In this document: positions 51,400 to 64,000 of the stretch, one piece after another
Layout: every line of letters begins with the position of its first letter
Position numbering within the stretch: position 1 is the first letter of the stretch
From: Octopus bimaculoides
Taxonomy: Eukaryota
Assembly (NCBI RefSeq): GCF_001194135.2
Contig: NC_069003.1
Span: 20,120,049-20,184,048 of the forward strand
DNA length: 64,000 nucleotides
Reading direction: 5' to 3'
Made by a program: the position numbers and the translations under genes
Notes under the pieces: model-generated
Told to the model about the DNA's origin: nothing
Databases searched by the model: none
Seen by the model: the letters and a program-made list of their open reading frames with translations, nothing else

Positions 51400-54044
51400 C
51401 AACAACAACAACAACGACAACGACACAAATGTCCTTGCTAACTCGACCACTGTCTTCACCACTGCTACCACCAGTGACAACAACAACAACAACAACAACA
51501 GCAACAACAACAGGACACCGGCTTTCAACACCAACACCACCACTACTTCGACAAACTCTGCTGCCACTACTACCACCTTTGAACTTGGCAGTACAAACAC
51601 CACTGTCAACACCACCATCAACAACTACAAGATGAACAAGATAAACAACACCACAAACGCCACAAACAACATATCTGCCAGCACCACAAAAACAAATTTT
51701 GCCGATGCAACTAAAGAAAAAAGAACAATATTAACATTCACCCAAAAACAAATCAATGATACAAAATCCCTTCTCACGAAAGAAGGTGACACTGTACAAA
51801 TACACATACCAAAAGAAATCATCGAAAACACAAACAAGAAGCACATATCATACAGACTTATCAACACGAAAACCAAGCGACTGGAGAATTTCTCCACCAA
51901 AAAAATTGAACTTTGTCTCAAACCCATATGGCCCTTTCAAAACCATGTTACTTGGGGACGCAAGTTCGCCACGGTCCAAGTACGCTTTCAGAGCGAAGAG
52001 TTAGCGAAGAAATTTTCGACACTCTCTCTCCACACAGATGACTTCGTGATGATACCGAGTTATCTTNNNNNNNNNNTCTCTCCACACAGATGACTTCGTG
52101 ATGATACCGAGTTATCTTGGACAGAGAGTGACGAAGGTGACAGTAAAGAATGTCCCTTCACAAGTGGAGACGCAGTGGATAATAGGTGCTATATGCCTTG
52201 AAATGGAGGAGGCAAATATATTAGAAATTGCTACTGCAGAGGAGAAAAACTGGGAAGGAGGAAAAAAAATCGAAGTCCTCTTCCACATCACTGAAGAGGA
52301 GTGCCAAAAGATCCCCACAGACATCCAACTGGCAAAGGACTACAAGTTATATGTAGTGGTGGAAGGAAGGCGGCCACGCTGTTATGTATGCGGCAGCGAG
52401 GCACACCTCAAGGATAGTTGCCCAACTGCCGCGAACCAAAAAAAGCAACAAGGGCAACCACCAAAACCCACGAAAAGACCCCTATTACCAACACCGCCAT
52501 CAACAATCAAAACAAGAGAAATACAAGCAACACCGACAACTGAGAAGACAACAGCAACTGCAAAAACAATAAGTGAGGAAGCAGGAGAAAAAAAAGAAAA
52601 TCCCAAGACTGTCTCCCCCTCCTCCACATCACATACACCTCACACAAATAACAAGCAGCCAACACCAACAAAAACAGCAACACAACCACTCACACAAACA
52701 CACACAAACGCTCACAATTTGCCCCTACCCCCTTCCGATTCCTTAGAACTCTCGTCGGAAGACGAAAGTAATGAGGAATGGCAAATAGCCCAAAAAGGAA
52801 GGAGGAAGAGGAGCAAAAAAAGAAAAGCAAACACCAACAAAGCAGGGAGATACACAACTCCCGAAAACACTCCAGACACCAACACAAGCACACACAACAA
52901 CAACACAAGCAACAAAACCCCAAAAGTGAACACACACACAATGCTCACTGCCATCAACACAAAAACAAACATAACAAACAAAGACATANNNNNNNNNNNN
53001 NNNNNNNNNNNNNNNNNNNNNNNNNNNNNNNNNNNNNNNNNNNNNNNNNNNNNNNNNNNNNNNNNNNNNNNNNNNNNNNNNNNNNNNNNNNNNNNNNNNN
53101 NNNNNNNNNNNNNNNNNNNNNNNNNNNNNNNNNNNNNNNNNNNNNNNNNNNNNNNNNNNNNNNNNNNNNNNNNNNNNNNNNNNNNNNNNNNNNNNNNNNN
53201 NNNNNNNNNNNNNNNNNNNNNNNNNNNNNNNNNNNNNNNNNNNNNNNNNNNNNNNNNNNNNNNNNNNNNNNNNNNNNNNNNNNNNNNNNNNNNNNNNNNN
53301 NNNNNNNNNNNNNNNNNNNNNNNNNNNNNNNNNNNNNNNNNNNNNNNNNNNNNNNNNNNNNNNNNNNNNNNNNNNNNNNNNNNNNNNNNNNNNNNNNNNN
53401 NNNNNNNNNNNNNNNNNNNNNNNNNNNNNNNNNNNNNNNNNNNNNNNNNNNNNNNNNNNNNNNNNNNNNNNNNNNNNNNNNNNNNNNNNNNNNNNNNNNN
53501 NNNNNNNNNNNNNNNNNNNNNNNNNNNNNNNNNNNNNNNNNNNNNNNNNNNNNNNNNNNNNNNNNNNNNNNNNNNNNNNNNNNNNNNNNNNNNNNNNNNN
53601 NNNNNNNNNNNNNNNNNNNNNNNNNNNNNNNNNNNNNNNNNNNNNNNNNNNNNNNNNNNNNNNNNNNNNNNNNNNNNNNNNNNNNNNNNNNNNNNNNNNN
53701 NNNNNNNNNNNNNNNNNNNNNNNNNNNNNNNNNNNNNNNNNNNNNNNNNNNNNNNNNNNNNNNNNNNNNNNNNNNNNNNNNNNNNNNNNNNNNNNNNNNN
53801 NNNNNNNNNNNNNNNNCGTCTCGTCCCTTACTTTTAGTGGGGGATTGGAATGCTACCTTGGACACGCAGCTAGACTACGTGGGCAGAGATAGGAATAGAC
53901 GGGGATGCAAATGCCTCAAAGACCTGCTCAGACGCTTTCAACTGTCTGACAGGTACCGACTCGACCACCCGAATGCGCCAACGTGAACATGGAGCAACCG
54001 CATCGGGTTGTCGAGATCGTATCTAGATAGAGTACTGTGTAGGA
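51400..54044 (+). mobile_element. L1/Tx1-like LINE: ORF1 (zinc knuckle) and start of the APE endonuclease, split by gaps
   Basis: RRPRCYVCGSEAHLKDSCP; after the gap LLLVGDWNATL...D.YR..HP...TWSN...SYLDRVL (APE motifs). Confidence 0.85.
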
Positions 54045-54242
54045 GNNNNNNNNNNNNNNNNNNNNNNNNNNNNNNNNNNNNNNNNNNNNNNNNNNNNNNN
54101 NNNNNNNNNNNNNNNNNNNNNNNNNNNNNNNNNNNNNNNNNNNNNTATCTATCTATCTATCTATCTATCAATCTATCTATCTATCTATCTGTGTGCGTGT
54201 GTGTGCATGTGTACATGTGTGTTTGTATGTGTGTGCATGCAT

Positions 54243-54284
<42 letters not shown>

Positions 54285-54905
54285 ATGTGATATTTTGGGT
54301 TTTTTTTTTCTTTTTTGCAGATTTCCCTTAACAGTGTGTCCCCTTATCACAACAGTGCAAGAAGAAGGTCTGCCACATTTTCTTTGCTATTCAGGTAACT
54401 GCATGAGTGCAGGAGGAATTACCCTGTGCTGGGAAACCATCCAGGTGACAAACTGAATGACATTCCTCCTCCACTCCACTGCACACCACACCAGCACCCC
54501 TCCCTCATCCCATCCATCCATCCATCCAACATTTTTTGCTTGTTTTTGTTTCTCTCTTTTCTTGCTTGTCTTTTTTGGGGGGGGCCCTGACAAGATCTTT
54601 CATGAAGTACAATGCTAACATTCCTAACCCACCCTCGCACTGCAAAAACTGGGAGCATCTTTTCCTTTTTCTTCTCTCTTGGAGATTTTCTCGTGACTAA
54701 ATAGAAGCGTTGGAGACACGAAGGCGCCATACAAATATAAAGAACAACTGGCTCTACAGGTAATTGATATATAACAATTGAGATGTGTGTATAATACATG
54801 CCATGATCAAACATGCATGCATAAATACATACAACAACAACAACAACAAATAAGAAGAAAAAGAAGAACAATAATAATAGATATATATGTATATATACAT
54901 TGATC

Positions 54906-54937
<32 letters not shown>

Positions 54938-56609
54938 CATACATGCATACATACACACACACACACACACGCACACGCACACACGCACACATATATATAT
55001 ATACATACATACATACACATACACATATACACACATATTGTATATATGTATAGCTATAAATTTATGCATATGTATACATATATGCATATATGCATATGTA
55101 CACATACACACAAACACACACATACACACACATACACACACAAGCACGCATATGCAGTGAAAGAGAGAACAACAAAGGGAGATCGACAATGTTTGCACAC
55201 AAGTGTTAGTGATATATTCATAAGCATGCACATAGGTACACATGTATACATGTTCCGATCTAACATGCAAGTTATTCACACGCAGACAAGTGGACAAGCA
55301 TTGTGACAGATAGACAGACAAGTAAATAGACAGGAAGGTTATCAAGGAAATTACTTACTGACTGTCAGACAGGGAAGATAAACATATTCAAGTAGTCAAA
55401 TGCGTTCTTTTAGCTTCACACGTTCCTGCATTTAATAATTGTGTATATGTGTGGTTGTGTATGTGTGCATGTGCATGTATATATATATGCATATATATAT
55501 ATATATATATATANNNNNNNNNNNNNNNNNNNNNNNNNNNNNNNNNNNNNNNNNNNNNNNNNNNNNNNNNNNNNNNNNNNNNNNNNNNNNNNNNNNNNNN
55601 NNNNNNNNNNNNTATACACATAATGTTGAAAGATTTAAGAGGTCAAACAATGCAAATAGATTTTAAGATGAGAAAACGTAAACTAAAAGTAAGTTACCTG
55701 GTAATCTGTGGTCTTATATGTATCCAATATTTTGGGACATACAAGTCCCTTCTTCAGGGCTAAAAAGGAACTGTCCTTGGTAAGATGTTTTTTTTTTTTG
55801 TCGGAGATAAAATAATTCTATGATTATATTTGAATTTTGAAGCGTTTCTCTTCTTTGTGAATGTTAGTGATGTCCATTATTAACTTATCGCTCCAAAAAT
55901 CAATTTTCATCTCTTTTCTAATACACGTCTCAGAAAAAGGGGAGGCACAGTAATGTGTGACATGCAACTAAAATTGAGCTCAGTAGTGAACTCTACAACC
56001 TACCCCAGTATCCAGAAAAGTACAATGTGAGACAGCAAACTCCAGATAGGTTACAGTTCAGAATATGAGCCAAATAATAGGAAAAAATAATAAGCAGAAA
56101 ATAGGTGTGATATTCAAAGTTTTATCAGACTACATGTTTCAGTAAAATGCCAAAATAATTACATGAGGGTAGTAGAAACATCATGCAATTATGTATTCAC
56201 CGCATCAGTGTTGCCCTATGAATGCAACAATGTCAAAGCTCCAGATATATACACTTTTTCTCCATTAAGCAAATGATCAACAAATTTGCATGACACATAA
56301 AATAGCAGACAAAGCATCACATCAAAGAGGTCCAAACAATGCTACACCTCTCTCAAAAGCAAAAGTACTATCAGAAAGAAAGAGAGGAAGAGAGAAAGAG
56401 AGAGGAGAGAAAGAGTGAGGGAGAGAGAAAGATAGGGAGGAAAGAGAGGAGGCGAGTTTGGGAAAAGAAAACATGTAAAATCATAAAAAGGAAAGAAGAA
56501 TAAAATAAAAGGAGGAAGTGGAGTATCAAGGGCACTGATAGCAGGAAGTCAGCAGGCCATAAAACAGTTAAGGGCAGTCATAAAGATATAAATATACATC
56601 CAATACAAA

Positions 56610-57530
56610 GGACATTTGTGCTGTGTATGGAGAGGGTGCCATAGCTGAAAGAACCGCTGGTGATTGGTATGCCAAGTTCAAAAATGAAAATTTTGACCTC
56701 AAAGACGCACCTTGTTCTGGCTGTCCAGTTGAGTTTGATGAAGAGCAATTAAACCAACTTTTGCATGAAAATTCTTGTTAAACGACAAGGGAACTCGCAG
56801 AGAAAATGGAATGCTTCCACACTGCTATACAGGATGTCCACAAGGTTTGGGTACACAAAGTAAATAAAATCATAACATAAACAATTAAATATAAGAAATA
56901 ATAATTTCTTAGCGTATGTGTTAATCCCCATGTGGGTACATGGAGTATATAAAATCATAACATAAACTATTAAATATAAGAAACAATAATTTCTTAAAGT
57001 ATGTGTTAATCCCCATGTACCCAGACTTTGTGGACACCCTGTAGAGAAGCATCTTCACTCGATGGCAAAGTTTCAGAAGTATGGAACGTGGGTTCCGCAT
57101 GCTTTAAGTGACAACAACAAAAATCAACTAACCACAATCTCTGCTGGTTTGCTTGCTCATCCCCACTCAACTCATGGACACAAGTAACGATTTCTTTACT
57201 GAATCGTTACTTGTGATGAAAAATGGTGCTTGTACATCAATATGAAGCAGCATAAGGAATGGCTTAGCCCCGGTAAACAAGATCTTCATCTTCATAAAAC
57301 AATGTTGTGCATATGGTAGGACTGGGAAGGAATTATCCATTATGAATTGCTTGAACGGAACCAAATGGTCAATGCGGAACTCTATGTTCCACAGATGGAA
57401 CAACTTAACACGGCTATTCAAGAGAAAAGACCTAATTGGCAGCAGGGAGTTCTTCTGCTGCACGACAACGCCCACCCTCATATCACCAAGGAAGCCATTC
57501 AAACGCATGGCTGGGAAGTGCTGACATCTA
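56610..57530 (+). mobile_element. Decayed mariner (same family as 31677-32872), interrupted by a MITE
   Basis: DICAVYGEGAIAERT, WVPHAL, IVTCDEKW, LLHDNAHPH. Confidence 0.85.
56830..57041. mobile_element. 212-bp Tc1/mariner-type MITE nested in the mariner
   Basis: TA|caggatgtccacaaggtttgggtaca...tgtacccagactttgtggacaccctg|TA, with an internal about 85-bp tandem duplication. Removing it restores the host ...ACTGCTATAGAGAAG (TAIEK). Confidence 0.85.
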
Positions 57531-57932
57531 CTGATCTGGTTTAAAGCAAACTGGTCTCTGTATTCATTGTAATTGTCTTTGGTATTTTCTCACTAAAATA
57601 TTTATGATTCAGCAAAGAGAAATCAAGATTTACCCATCAGATGAAATACATTGGGACCTGGATTACAACTGAGTGCTCATACAGTACCCATCTGGATATT
57701 TTATCCCTATCTATTCATTATAATAATTAAATTATATATTATGCATCTTATTGCATTTTGTTATGCACATGATCCTCTGGTCAGTGGAAAACTTTTCTTC
57801 CATGAAACTGAGTCCATACCTCATAGAATTCAAGCTGTAATTACTGCCAAAGGTAGTCCTACCACATATTAAAATTAATTTGTTTGAAATTTTAAGGTGT
57901 TTCCATTATTTTGTCCAACCCCTGTACATATA

Positions 57933-57977
<45 letters not shown>

Positions 57978-57983
<6 letters not shown>

Positions 57984-60900
57984 GGCAAGAGTCACAACAT
58001 CCCTTGCAAGAATAGACTGACCAAATGACTATAAATACTAGCGGTCTGAGTAAGATAGGAGTCAGAGTTGGTGTTAATCGCAGGAAGTCGTAAAGTGTTT
58101 AGGCAGTTTGTCAGAATATCATTTGTTGGTTTTTGTATAGTTCGTGGAGAGTTTGTTGCATTGTTACATTGTTACCCTGCTTCATTATATATTTTATTGT
58201 TACTACACAGTTATAGTGTAAACAACTATCATCATAGATAGTGGCAATACTACAATAATTGGCAACAACTAACTACATTACAATAATTGGCGAAGAGAAT
58301 TCATAGCTCACACAGGTCAGTTAAATTTTTGTGATACAAAGTTGTTATTGATGGAAGACCTATTAGCTTCTAGAATACAGTTGCAAAACCAGCAGCAAGA
58401 ACAGCAACATGAGTTACAGAAACAACTACTTCAGCAACAAGAAAAACAACAACAGTTAATGGAGCTATGCCTTAAGAAGTCCAGAAACACTACAAGTTTG
58501 TTTTTGCTAGACGGTGTATCGAACTCTATAACAGAATTCAGTTATAACTCAGAGGAGGGTATAATGTTTGCAGCGAACTTCAGAAGGTATGAAGAAATCT
58601 TCAGGGAAGATTGCTAGTTGTGGACAGACAAGGAAAAAGTAAGGCTATTATTACATAAATTAACTCCGTCAGAACATGAAAAATATTGAATTTTATACTA
58701 CCCCAAAAAACTAGTGAAATTTGTTTCCAGGAAACATTTGAATTACTATCAAAAATGTTCAGTGATAAGAGTTTCCTATTTAACATTCAATGGTTGTGCT
58801 GGAATCTAGTTAAAAAAGAGAATGAAGACTTTGTCACATATGCTGGGACTGTAAACAGAATGTGTGAAAGGTTTAAACTGAAGGAACTAACTCCTGATAT
58901 GTTTAAGTGCCTCATTTTTGTACAAGGGCTGACAACAAATAAAGATGCAGAAACACATGCAAGAATTCTCACAAAACTTGAACAAGTGGACCAGAGTTTA
59001 ACCTTGCAGACAGTTGCAGAGAAGAGTCAAAGAATGGTAAACTTGCAACAGGGTGTAAAAAAAATTGAAGAGAAGGATTTCTCACAAGTACAAGCATGTC
59101 GACTGGGAAATAATAAACAAAATAATGTTAGGACNNNNNNNNNNNNNNNNNNNNNNNNNNNNNNNNNNNNNNNNNNNNNNNNNAGAAAGGATTGTCCTTT
59201 CAAAATGCAGAAATGTTACAGTTGCCAAAAAATAGGACATGAGGGCTCACATTGTAGAGCTAAGTTAGAAAGGTCAAACAAGAAATTCTAAACTTTTCTC
59301 AATGGAAAGGAGAAACAACACCAACAAGAGGAAAGTTGTTCATGTAAGAGTAAATGAAGTGAATATTAAATTACAACTAGATACTGGTAGCAACATTTCG
59401 ATTATTGATATTGACACATGGAAAAGAATTGGGAAACCTGCATTCAGAAAAATATTGAAAATTGCATGAGGCGTGACAGGTTAAAAGCTACACTTCATAG
59501 GTAAAATGTGGGGCGATAGTACATTTTGTGGTAAAATCTGTTGAGCAAAAGTTTACACATTAAAAAATGCAACCAATCTATTTGGTATGGACTGGATGGA
59601 GTTGTTTGATTTATGGGACCTCCCCATAAATCTGTTCTGTAAAAACATTTTGTGTAATGCCATTCATGAGTTACCTGTGACTGTGTAGGACAATTACATC
59701 ATAAAATTGAAGGAAGCCTTGAAAAATAAAGAAAGGAGAAATAAGAATGTGAATCATTTTTCCCTCTACGATGATGTATTAATGAGTGGTAGTACCAACT
59801 GCAGTATAGAAATGTGTGTTTCATGAATTTCATAGTGGACACCTGGGGATGTCAAGAATGAAAGCTTTGGTGAAGAGTTCCATGTTTTGGCTAACAATGG
59901 ATCAGGACATTGAAAATTTGGTAAAATCATGTAGAGGTTGTGCACTAGCAGCCAAGGCACCACTGGTGAAATACCAATTGTGACCTGAGACTGATAGTTC
60001 GTGGTCCAGGGTACATATAGACTATGCTGGACTGGTGAATGGCACATACTACTAAATCATTGTTGATAGCTTTATCAAGTGGCCAGAAGTATGTAGGTAC
60101 AGTCATCCTTTCGAAGGCAATAATAAAGTTCCTACTTGAACTTTTTGCTTGATTCGGTGTTCGGACACCATAGTATTGGACAAAGGAACACAATTTACAA
60201 GAGACGAATTCAAGAAATTCTGAAAAATGCATACAATCAAGCACATGTTTACCCCACCTACCATCCGAGGTCAAATGGGCAAGCAGAACGATTCATAGAT
60301 ACTTTCAAGTGAGCACAAAAAAAGCAAGGAACAAGTTAGGAAATGACGAAGCACTAACTAAATTCTTAAGGGTCTACAGAATAACGTCCAGTCCAAATAC
60401 CAGTTCAGGCAAGTTACCTGCAGAGCTAATGTTCACTTGAAAGATTAAATCGATCTTCAACAAATTGTTACCAAAGGAAAAAACATAGAGAAAATGCAAA
60501 AAATTCAACTAAACATTTTGATGTCGGAGACAAAGTTCATTTCAAAGTATACAAGAAAGGTAAAGAGAGTTGGCAGGGTGGTGTAGTAACTAAAAGGATT
60601 GGAAACATGATGTATTTAATAAAAGACCAGCAATGGGAGCATAAACGACATCTCAATCAATTAAAAATCAAACATACAGAAGAAAGGAAGGAAATTCCAA
60701 TGGAAATTTTTTATGACATTTTCAATGTGCCAGTACCAAAAGAGATTGAGCCTAGAAGGAGCAATAATAGAAAACATAAACAGACTGAACATTTGGAAAT
60801 AATTCCTAAGCAGAAAAGGTATTGAACTCCCTAAGGAATCAAAATCTCAAAAAGGGAGAGATGTTGGAAAGAAAGAAAAAAAAATTATAAAAAATAATTA

Positions 60901-61254
60901 TAAAATTCGTTTCCTATGGAAGACGAAATCTCAAAAGGGAAGACGTTATGGCAAGAGTCACAACACCCCCTGCAAGAATGAACTGACCGAACGACTATAA
61001 ATAGTGGTGGTCTGAGTGTGATAGGAGTTAGAGTAGGTGTTAATCGCAGGAAGTCATAAGGTGTCATTTTGGTGGTTTGTCAGAATATCATTTGTTGGTT
61101 CGTGTATATTTTGTGGAGAGTTTGTTGGATTGTTATGTTGTTGTTACCCTGCTTCATTATATAATTTATTGTTAGTACACGGTTATAGTGTAAACAAGTA
61201 TTGTCATAAATAGTGACGATACTACAATAATTGGCGATGAGTAGCTATGTTACA
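57978..61254 (+). mobile_element. Gypsy/Ty3 LTR retrotransposon lacking RT-RNase H; LTRs 57978-58282 and 60944-61254
   Basis: Paired about 305-311 bp LTRs, PBS-like tggcgaagag at 58288, PPT aaaagggaaga before the 3' LTR, ATAT TSD. Gag with CYSCQKIGHEGSHC, protease LDTGS, integrase HSGHLGM...CRGC and RVHIDYAG. Confidence 0.9.
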
Positions 61255-62420
61255 ATATATATATAATATAAAATGTGCCCTTTTAAAGCCTAGCCAGGCT
61301 CGTGAGCCCGGTTTCCCGGTTTCAATGGCGTATGTGTTCCCCAGCTGGATGGGACGCCAGTCCATCGAGCGTTACACATTTTTGCCAGTTGAGTGGACTG
61401 GAGCAACGGGAAATGAAGTGTTTTGCTCAAGAATACAACGCGATCATGATGCTGACACCCTAACCACTAAGCCACATGCCTCCACACACGCACACACACA
61501 CACATATATATATATATGTATGTATGTGTGTGTGACGGGTATGTGCGTATGTATGTATGTATATATTTGTATATAAGTATATGTGTGCCTTTGTGTCTGT
61601 GTTCGTCTCCCTCCTCACCACTTGACAACTAGTGTTGGTGTGTTTATGTCCCCATAACTTAGTGGTTTGGAGAAAGAGACCGATAGAATAAATACTACTG
61701 GGATCGATTCATTCGACTAAAAATTCTTCAAGGCAGTGCCCCTGCATGGCCACAGTCTATTGACTGAAATAAGTAAAAAAGAAAAAAATAGATAGCAAGA
61801 AAGAAAGTAAAAAATCACAAATTGTTTATTTGATTGTTGTAAATATGTTTTTTTAATTTCTAACTCCAAGCTTTAGGGTTCTCGGAGTTAAAGGATCCCC
61901 TGGGCTATAACACGTGGCTCATATTGATCCATACATAAATCCAGTCTGAAGTACATAGCACAGAGTACACCATACATTTGCACACTACACAGTGATGTTA
62001 ATAATATCTAACCATTTAACTTGTTCTTTTGATCAATTTCTAAAGACAACCTGGAATATATTAATTTATCTCCTTGATAAATTGTCACGCTATCAAAGTA
62101 TTTACTTTAATTCTTAAGGACATTGTCTGCCTGAAACGTTTTTTTGTTTGTTTAATTTTTTCCGGTTTTTATCTTTCTTTTTATAAACTTTTTGGATCTT
62201 TTGTTTGTGGTTTTTATGTTTTTTTTTTTGTTGTTTTTTGTTTTTTGGGGGTCTTGAGTATTATTCTGTAAGGTAATATGACTCTCTCTCTCTCTTTCTC
62301 TCTGCTTTGCCTTTGTTTGTCTAGCTTTTTCTCGCATGCTAATTGACTCTCTCTGTATCTCTGTCTCTGTGCATGTATGTGTGTGTGTGTCTCTCTTTCT
62401 CATCTCTCTTTCTATCTTTC

Positions 62421-62502
<82 letters not shown>

Positions 62503-62962
62503 AAATATATGGATTGGATTGGGGGAACGTTTGTGTTTACAAACAATAGATGGGGAAGAGACAAAAAACTCAGAAACTTGAAACCCAGCAATAGAACTGA
62601 AGAAGCTCCAGCTGTTCATATAAGAAACAATAGAAACTGCATATACATATACATACATGCATAATGTGTATATGTGTGTGTGTGTATATATGTATAAATA
62701 TATGCATTTATATGTGTATATGTATGTGTGTATGTATACATATGTATGTATGTCTGTGTGTGTATGAATTTATATGTATATATATATATATATGTGTGTG
62801 TATGTGTATGCATATGTATGATTATAGCTATATCTATCTCTCTATCTATCTACATACACACCAACACGCACACACATATACTTGTATGCATATATATATT
62901 TATATACATAAATAGATGAATGCATGAATGTGTGTGTGTGTGTGTGTTTTTGNNNNNNNNNN

Positions 62963-63004
<42 letters not shown>

Positions 63005-64000
63005 GTATAGAAATTTTGCTTTACATTTCATCATTTCATGGTCTGCAATGATGAACAAATGATTGCAAAACTAGTTTTAAAGCAGCCAACGAGCTAAATG
63101 TTCTTTACGTGGATTAGAACCTAAAACCTTAAACATTTGAGTTTACTAAACATACATATCTTTTTCAAATCACTCGTTATCATCTTCACAAAAGAAGAAA
63201 AGGCTGTGTTATATGACTAAATCATCTGGTCGGTCTTCAATTACTTGGATTATGTCTGTATGTAACATATAAATCAGAATTGGCAGAGCTAAAACATCTT
63301 TGATGGTGTCATAAGTTTGTTGGATTTGATCTAACCTTTAGTGAGTGCTAAACAACAATAACAACAGCAACCACCACCACTACCACCACCACCTCCACTA
63401 CTACAAACGCAACACAAGCTAGTGGAGCAGATTTTATATATATAGTCACTTGACCTGCTGGAAATAGCTATCAAATTACCTTCAAATTGCATTTTAAGAC
63501 AGTAATGCCTTGCATGATGTAGTGTTGGAATACAGTGTATCTGGAAAACCAAATGCTGGATGAATATAGGAGGAACATCTTTCCATCATCGAACTTCTGG
63601 CTGGAGACTGACTTGATGTTAACAATAACAGCAACCACCACTACCACCACCACCACCACCACCACCACCACTACCACCACCTCCACCACCATCACAGTAA
63701 TAACAGAAATAGCTTTAAAATGTAGCAGTAATTCACTAATATTAAATGAAAGGGAATCAGGAAACAAAAAAAGATGCTCCAGTTAGGGCTTTAAGCCAAT
63801 GATTGTAACAAAGATTAAGAATAAAATTGACAAAAAGTAAATGAACAAGCAAAAAAGATCTGAGGATGAACATGTCAAATAACTTTTCAGATCTTTTAAC
63901 GAACAATGTATTTCATGAATCTCTTGTGCTTCGCATTGTGGAAGTGAGCATCATAGTAATTCTTATTGTTCTCTGCGTAATTGGTAACTGTTTGTTGTTT

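Noticed and set aside
52025-52118. 42-bp direct repeat flanking a 10-N gap in the LINE ORF1
   Set aside because: Identical sequence on both sides of a placeholder gap indicates an unmerged contig overlap, not a biological duplication.

Overview
This is AT-rich, microsatellite- and transposon-dense animal genomic DNA with scaffold gaps. The SINE, LINE and Penelope families are consistent with an Octopus/coleoid cephalopod genome (inference, no database check). Two genes lie tail-to-tail. (1) The 3' part of MYSM1 (JAMM/MPN+ histone H2A deubiquitinase) is on the + strand: coding exons 557-658, 3128-3314, 6002-6129, one exon predicted to be hidden in the 7021-8027 gap, 9076-9242 and 12055-12201. 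(2) A GCNT-family (GT14, core-2/I-branching beta-1,6-GlcNAc transferase-like) gene is on the - strand: exon 1 45342-44612, exon 2 37281-37046, then TWO intact, same-phase paralogous terminal exons, 3a (27863-27598) and 3b (24634-24312). The two terminal exons are about 62% identical in protein and differ at the residue equivalent to the UDP-binding Arg378 of core-2 GnT. This tandem alternative-last-exon cassette is the most interesting host feature. The second notable system is a Penelope-like retroelement whose terminal repeat carries a tRNA-like Pol III head plus a minimal hammerhead ribozyme; the same unit also occurs as an ORF-less head-to-head insertion with a TSD. The remainder is decayed mariner/Tc1, hAT-type and other MITEs, RTE, RLE-type and L1/Tx1 LINEs, Penelope fragments, an RT-less Gypsy LTR element, SINEs and simple repeats.
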